Shown: positions 10,575 to 17,478 of the stretch, piece after piece | Layout: each line of letters begins with the position of its first letter | Numbering within the stretch: position 1 is the first letter of the stretch | Assembly: GCF_000689415.1 (NCBI RefSeq) | Contig: NZ_HG322950.1 | Span: forward strand, 1,978,769 to 2,002,768 | From: Pseudomonas knackmussii B13 | Lineage (GTDB): Bacteria; Pseudomonadota; Gammaproteobacteria; Pseudomonadales; Pseudomonadaceae | Reading direction: 5' to 3' | Length of the DNA: 24,000 bases | Made by a program: the position numbers and the translations under genes | The notes under the pieces: model-generated | Databases searched by the model: none | What the model was told of the DNA's origin: nothing | What the model saw: only the letters and a program-made list of their open reading frames with translations

Positions 10575-13292
10575 ATGAACATGATGAATTCTCAGCAGCC
10601 CACGCCGCTGCTGCGCACCAAGCTGTTCCCGCCGCACGCGGATGGCGTGGCGCTGTTGCCGCGCCAGGCCTTGATCGACCGCCTGTACGGTGCGCGCAAC
10701 CAGCGCGCGCTGATCCTCAGCGCGCCGGCAGGGTTCGGCAAGAGCACGATCCTCAGCCTGTTTCGCCGGCGCCTGCAGGAGAGCGGGGCGCTGGTAGCCT
10801 GGCTGTCCTGCGACGAAGGCGACAGCGAGCCGCAGCGCTTCCTGCAATATCTGGTGGCGAGCATCCGCAGCGTCGCCGAGGGCTTCGGCGCCAACACCTC
10901 GAACCTGCTGCAGTCGGACATGACGCTGCCGCTGGAGGGGCTGCTCGATGCCTTCCTCGCCGACCTCAAGCGCATCGATGGCCAGCTCTATCTGTTCCTC
11001 GACGACTTCCACCGCATCCGCCATCCGGCGCTCACGCCCGGCGCGCGCTATCTGATCGAGCACCTGCCGGACAACGTCCGCCTGGTTACCAGCACGCGCT
11101 ACCGGCCACGCTTCCTGGTCGACGAACCGGCGCTGTCGCCCTGGGCCTTCTGCCTGAGCGGCGCGGATCTGCGCCTGACCCGCGAAGAAGCCGACACCTA
11201 TCTGCTGGAGCTCAAGGGGCTGTCTCTGGCCGAGTCCGAGCTGGCGCTGCTCTACAAGCGCACCGAAGGCTGGATCACCGCGCTGCACCTGGCCGCCCTG
11301 GCGCTGGCCCGGCACAGCGACCGCGCCGCCTTTCTGCGCGGGCTGTCCGGTACCGAACGGGACATAGCCGACTACCTCGCCGAAGACGTGCTCGCCTCGC
11401 TGCCGGCGCCGCTGCAGCAATTCCTCGACCAGACCTCCGTGCTCGACGAGTTCTGCGCCGAGCTGTGCAACGCCCTGACCGGGCGGCGCGACGGCATGGA
11501 CATGCTCATGCGCCTGCAGAACGAGCAATTGTTCATCATCCCGCTGGACGACCAGCGCGAGTGGTTCCGTTACCACCACCTGTTCGCCGAGTTCCTCCAC
11601 GGGCGCTTGGCGCGCAGCGCCGATCCCACGCCGTTGCTCAATGCCGCGGCGCGCTGGTGCGAGAGCCGCGACATGGCCGATCGCGCGGTGCGCTATGCGC
11701 TGCGTGCGCGTGACTACGCTTTTGCCGCCGACTTGCTGGAGCGCCAGGGCGCGCGGCTGATCGCCGGCAACCGGGTGTACAGCATCCTCGGCATGCTCGG
11801 CAGCATTCCCGCCGAGGTGATCCGCGAGCACCCGGTGTTCCAGATCTTCTATGCCTGGCAGTTGGCCTTCGAGCAGAAGTTCGCCGAGGCCGAGGCCCTC
11901 ATCGAGGAGCTCAGCGCACGGCTGCTGCTGGGGCAGGGCAAGGCGCGCAACTTCGGTCTGGCCGAGTTGCTGGCGGTGGCCCAGGTACTCAAGGCGCTGG
12001 TGCTGCTCTACCAGGACAAGCTGGAGGCGAGCCTCAAGGTCTCGCGCCAGTGGCTGTCGCTGGTGCCTGCGAACCAGCCGGTGTTCCGCGCGAGCCTGGC
12101 GTGCATCCTCGCCGCTGCTCATGCACTGCTGGGCGACTATGCCGAAGCGGCCGGTGCCATCGGCATCGCCCGCGAATGCCTGCGCATGGCGGACAGCGAG
12201 TACCTGCAGGTGGTGGCGAGCATGATCGAGGCGCTGATCTGCAAGGAGAGCGGCGAACTGGAGCGCGGGCGGACCATCGCCGAAAGCGCGCGCAGCCGGG
12301 TCGAGCGGGTGTTCGGCCGGCGCAGTAGGGTAGGTGGGCCGTTGTCGCTGGCCTACGCCGATATCCTCTACGAGCAGGATCGCCACGCCGCGATCCTCGC
12401 CGAACTGCCGCTCGCCACGACCTGGCGCGACGTGGCGACGCCGGTCGAGCTGATCAGCCGCGGCCAGTTGGTGATGGCCAAGGCGCGTTTCTTTGCCGGC
12501 GAGGCCGACCAGGGTCTGGCCCAACTCGACGAATGGCTGGCCGGGCTGCAATCGCCGGGTTACGAGCGGGTCAATGCGCTGGCCATGAGTTGCAAGGTGC
12601 AGCTGTTGCTTTGGCTGCGTCGACCCAACGAGGCCGAGCGCGTTTGCCTTCAACTGGCGCGACAGCTCTCGGGGCTTTCCGCGGAGCGCTTCGCTGACGC
12701 CCACGCCGCGCTGTGCCTGGCCGAGGCGCGCCTGGCGTTGTCCGAGCGGCATGCCGAGAAAGCGCAACAGCGCCTGGAAGCCTGCCTGGCGGCGACGACT
12801 TCGCCCTATCTGCGCGACCGGCGCTTGCGTCTTTCCTTGTTACTTTCTGTTGCGTATTGGCAGAAAGGTAACAGCGAAAAAGCCTTCGCACTCTTCGCGC
12901 CGACTCTCGAAGAGGCCTGGAACCAGGGCTATCGCCGCCTGTTCCAGGACGACGCGCTCTGGCTGCTGCCGTTCTGGGAGGCCTGGCGCGAAGCCGAGCC
13001 CAAGCGCGCCGCCGCCTGGCAAGGGGTGGCCGAGATGCTCCGCGAGCAGTGCCGCCGGCTCTCCGTCGACCCGGAAGGTTTCGAGGAAAATCAGGATGTT
13101 AGCCACCGCGAGCGGGAGATCCTGCGGCTGGTCGCGGCGGGCCTTTCCAATCGCGATATCGCCCAGGCGGTACATCTGTCGGAGGCCACCATCAAGTGGC
13201 ACCTGCACAACCTGTTCGCCAAGTTGGGAGTGCGCAGTCGTACCCAGGCAGTTCTCAAGGGGAAGAGCCTCGGCTTGCTGAGCGAGGCGTGA
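10575..13292 (+). CDS. MalT-type LuxR family transcriptional regulator, copy 2
   Basis: 905 aa; Walker A SAPAGFGKS, YLFLDDFHRI, TEGWITALHL, C-terminal HREREILRLVAAGLSNRDIAQAVHLSEATIKWHLHNLFAKLGVRSRTQAVLKGKSLGLL. ATG starts 1 nt after the stop of copy 1 (TGA-C-ATG). Confidence 0.92.
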   Translation: MNMMNSQQPTPLLRTKLFPPHADGVALLPRQALIDRLYGARNQRALILSAPAGFGKSTILSLFRRRLQESGALVAWLSCDEGDSEPQRFLQYLVASIRSVAEGFGANTSNLLQSDMTLPLEGLLDAFLADLKRIDGQLYLFLDDFHRIRHPALTPGARYLIEHLPDNVRLVTSTRYRPRFLVDEPALSPWAFCLSGADLRLTREEADTYLLELKGLSLAESELALLYKRTEGWITALHLAALALARHSDRAAFLRGLSGTERDIADYLAEDVLASLPAPLQQFLDQTSVLDEFCAELCNALTGRRDGMDMLMRLQNEQLFIIPLDDQREWFRYHHLFAEFLHGRLARSADPTPLLNAAARWCESRDMADRAVRYALRARDYAFAADLLERQGARLIAGNRVYSILGMLGSIPAEVIREHPVFQIFYAWQLAFEQKFAEAEALIEELSARLLLGQGKARNFGLAELLAVAQVLKALVLLYQDKLEASLKVSRQWLSLVPANQPVFRASLACILAAAHALLGDYAEAAGAIGIARECLRMADSEYLQVVASMIEALICKESGELERGRTIAESARSRVERVFGRRSRVGGPLSLAYADILYEQDRHAAILAELPLATTWRDVATPVELISRGQLVMAKARFFAGEADQGLAQLDEWLAGLQSPGYERVNALAMSCKVQLLLWLRRPNEAERVCLQLARQLSGLSAERFADAHAALCLAEARLALSERHAEKAQQRLEACLAATTSPYLRDRRLRLSLLLSVAYWQKGNSEKAFALFAPTLEEAWNQGYRRLFQDDALWLLPFWEAWREAEPKRAAAWQGVAEMLREQCRRLSVDPEGFEENQDVSHREREILRLVAAGLSNRDIAQAVHLSEATIKWHLHNLFAKLGVRSRTQAVLKGKSLGLLSEA

Positions 13293-13439
13293 AATCACGG
13301 AAGATCCGGCTCCATCCCTTGGATGGGCTGGCAGGTGGGGGTTGGACCAGTAGCTTGAAACCAGGACGCGAAGCCTGAGTGCTTCACGAATCCATGCCCG
13401 CGACACCTAGGGAAGCCGTGGCGGGTCTGGAGGGTCGGC

Positions 13440-13451
13440 TTGGCCGGCCAA
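13440..13451. promoter_or_regulatory. 12-bp perfect palindrome TTGGCCGGCCAA in the leader/promoter region of the small secreted-protein gene
   Basis: Sequence is its own reverse complement; lies 70 bp upstream of the ATG at 13521 in a non-coding interval. Function is a guess. Confidence 0.35.
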
Positions 13452-13452
13452 C

Positions 13453-13480
13453 CTGCAGCGGGGCAGGACGCCCACTGCAG
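13453..13480 (+). promoter_or_regulatory. Stem-loop presenting an AGGA(C) loop; candidate RsmA/CsrA-type site in 5' leader
   Basis: CTGCAG/CTGCAG outer stem (13453-13458/13475-13480), GGGC/GCCC inner stem (13461-13464/13470-13473), loop AGGAC. CAGGACG also occurs at 13362-13368, and GGA occurs in the Shine-Dalgarno CTGGAG (13505-13510). Confidence 0.35.
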
Positions 13481-13520
13481 CCCTGGGGCAAACCCACCTG
13501 AACACTGGAGAGACACAACA

Positions 13521-13961
13521 ATGAAAAAAATCCAACAACTGGTTCTTGCAAGTGCTGTTCTGGCCGCTCCGTTCATGGCTCATGCCGACCTGAAATCCAT
13601 GGATGACACCGCGCTGTCCAGCGTGACCGGTCAGGACGGCATCAGCATCGCCGGTACCTTCAACGCCTCTATCGGCGCCGTGACCTACACCGACGCCGAC
13701 ACCAACGGCGGCTCCCTGGTGCTGCAGGGCATCCATCTGCCGAGCGTAACCATCGCCGACAGCGCCCCGATGACCGTAGACGTGGTTACCACCACCATCG
13801 GCAGCACCCCGACCCAGCAGCTGGCTATCGGCCTGCCGACCGTTACCGGCGACGTGACCATCGACGCCATCAAGGTTGGCAGCACTGGCGCCAGCATCGG
13901 CTCGCTGACCGTCTCCAACCTGAACCTGGCCGGTTCCACCGTGAAGATCTGGGGTCACTGA
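13521..13961 (+). CDS. Small secreted DUF6160/FilA-like protein, putative exported structural subunit
   Basis: 146 aa with Sec signal MKKIQQLVLASAVLAAPFMAHA; mature start DLKSMDDTALSSVTGQDGISIAG resembles the (M/L)DDxxLSxVTGQxGI signature of DUF6160/FilA-like proteins; no Cys, Thr/Val/Ile/Gly/Ser-rich, ends VKIWGH. Strong RBS (GGAG) upstream. The ORF-track start at 13440 includes leader. Confidence 0.72.
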   Translation: MKKIQQLVLASAVLAAPFMAHADLKSMDDTALSSVTGQDGISIAGTFNASIGAVTYTDADTNGGSLVLQGIHLPSVTIADSAPMTVDVVTTTIGSTPTQQLAIGLPTVTGDVTIDAIKVGSTGASIGSLTVSNLNLAGSTVKIWGH

Positions 13962-13986
13962 TCACGGTGTTCGCGTAGTACCCGAT

Positions 13987-14009
13987 CTCGCCGGCGCCTC
14001 GCCGGCGAG
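13987..14009 (+). repeat. Intergenic stem-loop between the small secreted-protein gene and the C39 peptidase gene
   Basis: CTCGCCGGC-GCCTC-GCCGGCGAG: perfect 9-bp stem, 5-nt loop, not followed by a T-run. Confidence 0.7.
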
Positions 14010-14038
14010 GTCCATCCAGAATTCAAGGAGTGGGATGG

Positions 14039-14800
14039 ATGTTCGAGATTCTGCTGGGGAGCCTGCTGGGGCTGTTCGGTTTCACCCAGGCGGTGGACAC
14101 CAAGCCGCAACCGCAAGGCACGGTCAATCTCTCGCAGCAACTCACTCCCAACGGCCCCTTGCGTGAGTCGGTGCAGCTCGAGCCGATGAGCCAGGTGCAG
14201 TTCCGCAACGTCATTCGCCAGTCGTACGACTACAGCTGCGGCTCGGCGGCCCTGACCACGCTGCTGGACTACTACCTGGGGCGCAACCTGGAAGAGCGCC
14301 AGGTCATGGAAGGCCTTCTGAAGTACGGCGAGGCGGACAAGATCGTCCAGCGTCGCGGTTTCTCGCTGCTCGACATGAAGCGCTACGCCGCTGCACTGGG
14401 CTACAAGAGCGGCGGTTTCCGTGCCGAATTCTCCGACCTCGACTCGCTGGAAAACCCGGCGCTCGTGCCCATCCACTACGGCGGCTTCAAGCATTTCGTG
14501 GTGGTGCGTGACGTCTACAACGATCACGTTTTCGTTGCCGATCCTGCCCTGGGCAACATCAGTTTCACCCGCAGCCGCTTCGAGGCGATCTGGGACCAGA
14601 ACGTCCTGTTCGTGATCTACCCCGGCGGCCAGGAGCCGAAGAGCGCCCTGGCCCTGAAAGAACAGGACCTGCGCCTGGTGGATGACCGTACCGTGAGCCT
14701 GCTGGCCTTCCGCGATTTTCCGGAGCTGAGCAAGTTCGCCAGCAACCGCGTGACGGAGGCCGCCTCGAAAGGCGACGTGCAGTACATCCGCAACAAGTGA
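14039..14800 (+). CDS. Stand-alone C39 family cysteine peptidase (FilB/FapD-like)
   Basis: 253 aa from ATG 14039 with AAGGAG at 14025-14030. Catalytic-type motifs: SYDYSCGSAALTTLLDYYLG (Cys), HYGGFKHFVVVRDVYNDHVFVADPALG (His, Asp). No ABC transmembrane or ATPase domain. ORF-track GTG 14030 overlaps the RBS. Confidence 0.85.
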   Translation: MFEILLGSLLGLFGFTQAVDTKPQPQGTVNLSQQLTPNGPLRESVQLEPMSQVQFRNVIRQSYDYSCGSAALTTLLDYYLGRNLEERQVMEGLLKYGEADKIVQRRGFSLLDMKRYAAALGYKSGGFRAEFSDLDSLENPALVPIHYGGFKHFVVVRDVYNDHVFVADPALGNISFTRSRFEAIWDQNVLFVIYPGGQEPKSALALKEQDLRLVDDRTVSLLAFRDFPELSKFASNRVTEAASKGDVQYIRNK

Positions 14801-14846
14801 GCGCTCTTTTCATCGACCCATAAGAACAAGACCAGGGGATAGCATC

Positions 14847-15851
14847 ATGGATTTCAGGGGGTATGCGTGCGCCGCCATACTGGCCTTGCTGGCTGGCGGC
14901 CCTGTGTGGGCCGAGGAGAAATCGGTCGACCAGGCGCGTGATGCACTGTCCAAGAAAGAGGGTGACGCCGACAGCGCCAAGGCGCTGGAGCAGGTGTTCC
15001 AGGCGGCGGAACAAAGCTACACCTTGCTGAAGAAGGGCGAGCGCACGCTCACCTATGGCTTCGACTACTCGATGATGCGCGACACCCGCATCCAGCAGGT
15101 GCGCACTGGCCAGAACGTCTACAGCGTCCTGGCGCAGAGCGAGGCGCAGCACACCTTCACCAACTCGTTCACCTTCGACTACGGCATCTGGGACAACCTG
15201 ACCTTCAGCCTGCGCCTGCCGTTCGTGGCCAAGTACGACACCGAGCGCGACGTGCATGCCTACAGCCTCGGCGACATCTCCACGACGTTGCGCTGGCAGC
15301 CCTGGCCATCGGTACGCGGACGTCCCGTCACCACCTTCTACGCCACCCTCGGCCTCCCCACCGGCGACAGCCCGTACGACATGAATCCGGACAAGGACGT
15401 GTCTACCGGCAGCGGCTACTACAGCCTGGGCGTGGGCGCCAACATGTCCTACGTGATCGACCCGGTCGTGCTCTACGGCTCGCTCGGTTACACCTACAAC
15501 ATGCAGGTCGACAGCATCCATCAGTACCAATACAACGAGGAGCTGCAGAAGGTCACTCCGGGCGACACCCTGAACTTCGCCATGGGCATGGCCTACGCGC
15601 TGTCCTATGACGTATCGCTGGCCACCTCGTACCAGATGGCCTACCAGATGAAGAGCCACTACCACTTCGACGACCGCACGGTGGAGGCTCCGGAACAGAC
15701 CAGCGCAATCATGAACTTCTCGCTCGGCCTGCGAACTTCACCCGACTACATCGTCAACGTGAACGCCGGCTTCGGCATGACCGAGGACTCGCCGGATGTC
15801 CTGCTGGGGGTTTCCCTGCCCCTGGACATCAAGGGCCTGAAACCCGACTAA
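14847..15851 (+). CDS. Predicted outer-membrane beta-barrel transporter-like protein with helical N-terminus (FilC/FapF-like)
   Basis: 334 aa; signal peptide (MDFRGYACAAILALLAGGPVWAEE), predicted helical segment DQARDALSKKEGDADSAKALEQVFQAAEQSYTLLKKGE, then amphipathic strands (TLTYGFDYSMM..., SFTFDYGIWDNLTFSLRLPFVAKYD, TFYATLGLPTGDSP...) ending in barrel-like strands. Confidence 0.72.
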   Translation: MDFRGYACAAILALLAGGPVWAEEKSVDQARDALSKKEGDADSAKALEQVFQAAEQSYTLLKKGERTLTYGFDYSMMRDTRIQQVRTGQNVYSVLAQSEAQHTFTNSFTFDYGIWDNLTFSLRLPFVAKYDTERDVHAYSLGDISTTLRWQPWPSVRGRPVTTFYATLGLPTGDSPYDMNPDKDVSTGSGYYSLGVGANMSYVIDPVVLYGSLGYTYNMQVDSIHQYQYNEELQKVTPGDTLNFAMGMAYALSYDVSLATSYQMAYQMKSHYHFDDRTVEAPEQTSAIMNFSLGLRTSPDYIVNVNAGFGMTEDSPDVLLGVSLPLDIKGLKPD

Positions 15852-15869
15852 CCCGCGAGCGAGACCCAC

Positions 15870-17468
15870 ATGACGAAGCGCATTTCGCCACTCGTGCTGG
15901 CGATGGCTGGGGCGGGGCTTGGCTGGATTCTGCCGGCGCACGCACAACTGGCCAACGACATCACCATCGGCAACCCCAAGGCGATGGCCCTGGGCAACGC
16001 GGTGACTGCCGATTCGACCGGCATCGACGCCGTGCACTACAACCCGGCCGCACTGACCAAACTCAAGGGCCGGCAGACCACGGTGAAGCTGGTGGCCGGC
16101 TTCATGGATATCCGCGCCGGCTTCCATGCGCCGCCAGATTATGGCTCGAGCACCTTCGGCGTGACCGACGACCCGATCGCCAACTCGCACAGCCGCACCA
16201 CCACGCCGACCATGTACCTGCCAGGCCTCGGCGGCATGACCGACGTGCCGGCGCTGGTAGCGCCGCTGGCCGGCATCTCGATCAACCCGCCGGGCTCGAA
16301 ATTCACCTTCGCCACCAACGTCTACACCCCGCAGGCGCTGGGCTATTCGCGCGATTCCGACAGCGATCCGGCACGCTACGATGGCCGTCGTGTATCGCTG
16401 CAGCGGCTGACCTACTTCTCGCCCTCGGTGGGCTACCAGATGAACGACGCCTGGTCGTTCGGCCTGTCGATCGGCTTCTCGCACCAGGCCATGGCGCTGG
16501 ATACCGACTTCCGCAACCCGGGCATCCTCACCGGCCTGCTGGAAACCCTGCACAACACCACCTGCGTGCCGGGGGCGCAGGAAATCGTCGAGCTGGTGTT
16601 CAACGTCTGCGGCGGCAAGATCGGCCCTTACGACAAGCTGGCCAACCTCAAGCTGGACATGCAGCAGACCCTCTCGCCGAGCTACAACCTCGGCGTGCTC
16701 TGGGAGCCCAACGACTGGTTCGGCTGGGGTGCGGTGTACCAGAGCGAGTCGCGCATGAAGCTCAAGGGCAAGTACCGCGTCGACTACACCCAGGACTGGC
16801 AGGGCTTCTGGTCCGGCCTGCAGAGCTCGGTGTTCGGTGCCTTCCTCAGTCCGCTGTTCCCCAACGGCAACGTCGACGAAGAGCACGGCGTAGCCACGCT
16901 GAAGCTGACCAACCCGGACAACTTCTCCACCGGCATCAAGATTCGTCCGTTCGACAACTGGCAGTTCAACGCCGACCTCAAGTGGAGCGGCTACAGCGAC
17001 TGGAACAACATGACCATCGAGTTCGACAAGGAACTCGACCTGCTGCGCATCGCCAAGAACTTTGCGCCCAACGGCGCCACCGACCACAGCATCATTCTCG
17101 ACCGCGGCTACCGCGACACCTGGAGCTACGCCGCCGGCGTACAGTACGACGTGAACGACCGCCTGCAGCTGCGCGCCGGCTACGAGTACCGCCCCTCGGC
17201 GATCCCCAAGAGCAAGGCCGACGCCCTGGTGCCCATCGGCGACGCCAACCTCTACGGCCTCGGCCTGGGCTATCGCTGGGACAAGGACACCACCATCGAC
17301 CTGGGCTTCAACTACTTCGTTTCCAAGCAGAGCATCAAGGCCGGCGAGAGCTGCAACCTGACCTGCACCGGGATCGACAACCTGGTGTACAACCCCTATG
17401 CCGGCATGGATGTGGACACGACGGTGAAGGCCTATATTTTCGCACTGACCTACAACACCACCTTCTGA
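15870..17468 (+). CDS. OmpP1/FadL/TodX family outer-membrane protein (FilD-like)
   Basis: 532 aa; signal peptide, QLANDITIGNPKAMALGNAVTADSTGIDAVHYNPAALTKLKG (FadL N-terminal signature), LNLGVLWEPNDWFGWGAVYQSES-like barrel strands, YKFAL-like C-terminus ending AYIFALTYNTTF (terminal Phe typical of OM barrels). Confidence 0.85.
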   Translation: MTKRISPLVLAMAGAGLGWILPAHAQLANDITIGNPKAMALGNAVTADSTGIDAVHYNPAALTKLKGRQTTVKLVAGFMDIRAGFHAPPDYGSSTFGVTDDPIANSHSRTTTPTMYLPGLGGMTDVPALVAPLAGISINPPGSKFTFATNVYTPQALGYSRDSDSDPARYDGRRVSLQRLTYFSPSVGYQMNDAWSFGLSIGFSHQAMALDTDFRNPGILTGLLETLHNTTCVPGAQEIVELVFNVCGGKIGPYDKLANLKLDMQQTLSPSYNLGVLWEPNDWFGWGAVYQSESRMKLKGKYRVDYTQDWQGFWSGLQSSVFGAFLSPLFPNGNVDEEHGVATLKLTNPDNFSTGIKIRPFDNWQFNADLKWSGYSDWNNMTIEFDKELDLLRIAKNFAPNGATDHSIILDRGYRDTWSYAAGVQYDVNDRLQLRAGYEYRPSAIPKSKADALVPIGDANLYGLGLGYRWDKDTTIDLGFNYFVSKQSIKAGESCNLTCTGIDNLVYNPYAGMDVDTTVKAYIFALTYNTTF

Positions 17469-17478
17469 GGACGGACAG

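Noticed and set aside
9014-10582. 522-aa open frame on the minus strand opposite the first MalT-type regulator
   Set aside because: Same shadow-ORF signature; overlaps the whole C-terminal and HTH-coding region of a well-supported gene.
10515-12767. 750-aa open frame on the minus strand opposite the second MalT-type regulator
   Set aside because: Long shadow ORF expected from high GC3 coding DNA. Composition (Gln/Arg/His/Leu-rich, no domain pattern) is non-protein-like and the plus-strand gene has clear conserved motifs.
13288-13299. CGTGA-AA-TCACG short inverted repeat at the end of the second regulator
   Set aside because: Only 5-bp arms partly within coding sequence; too short to support as a regulatory site.
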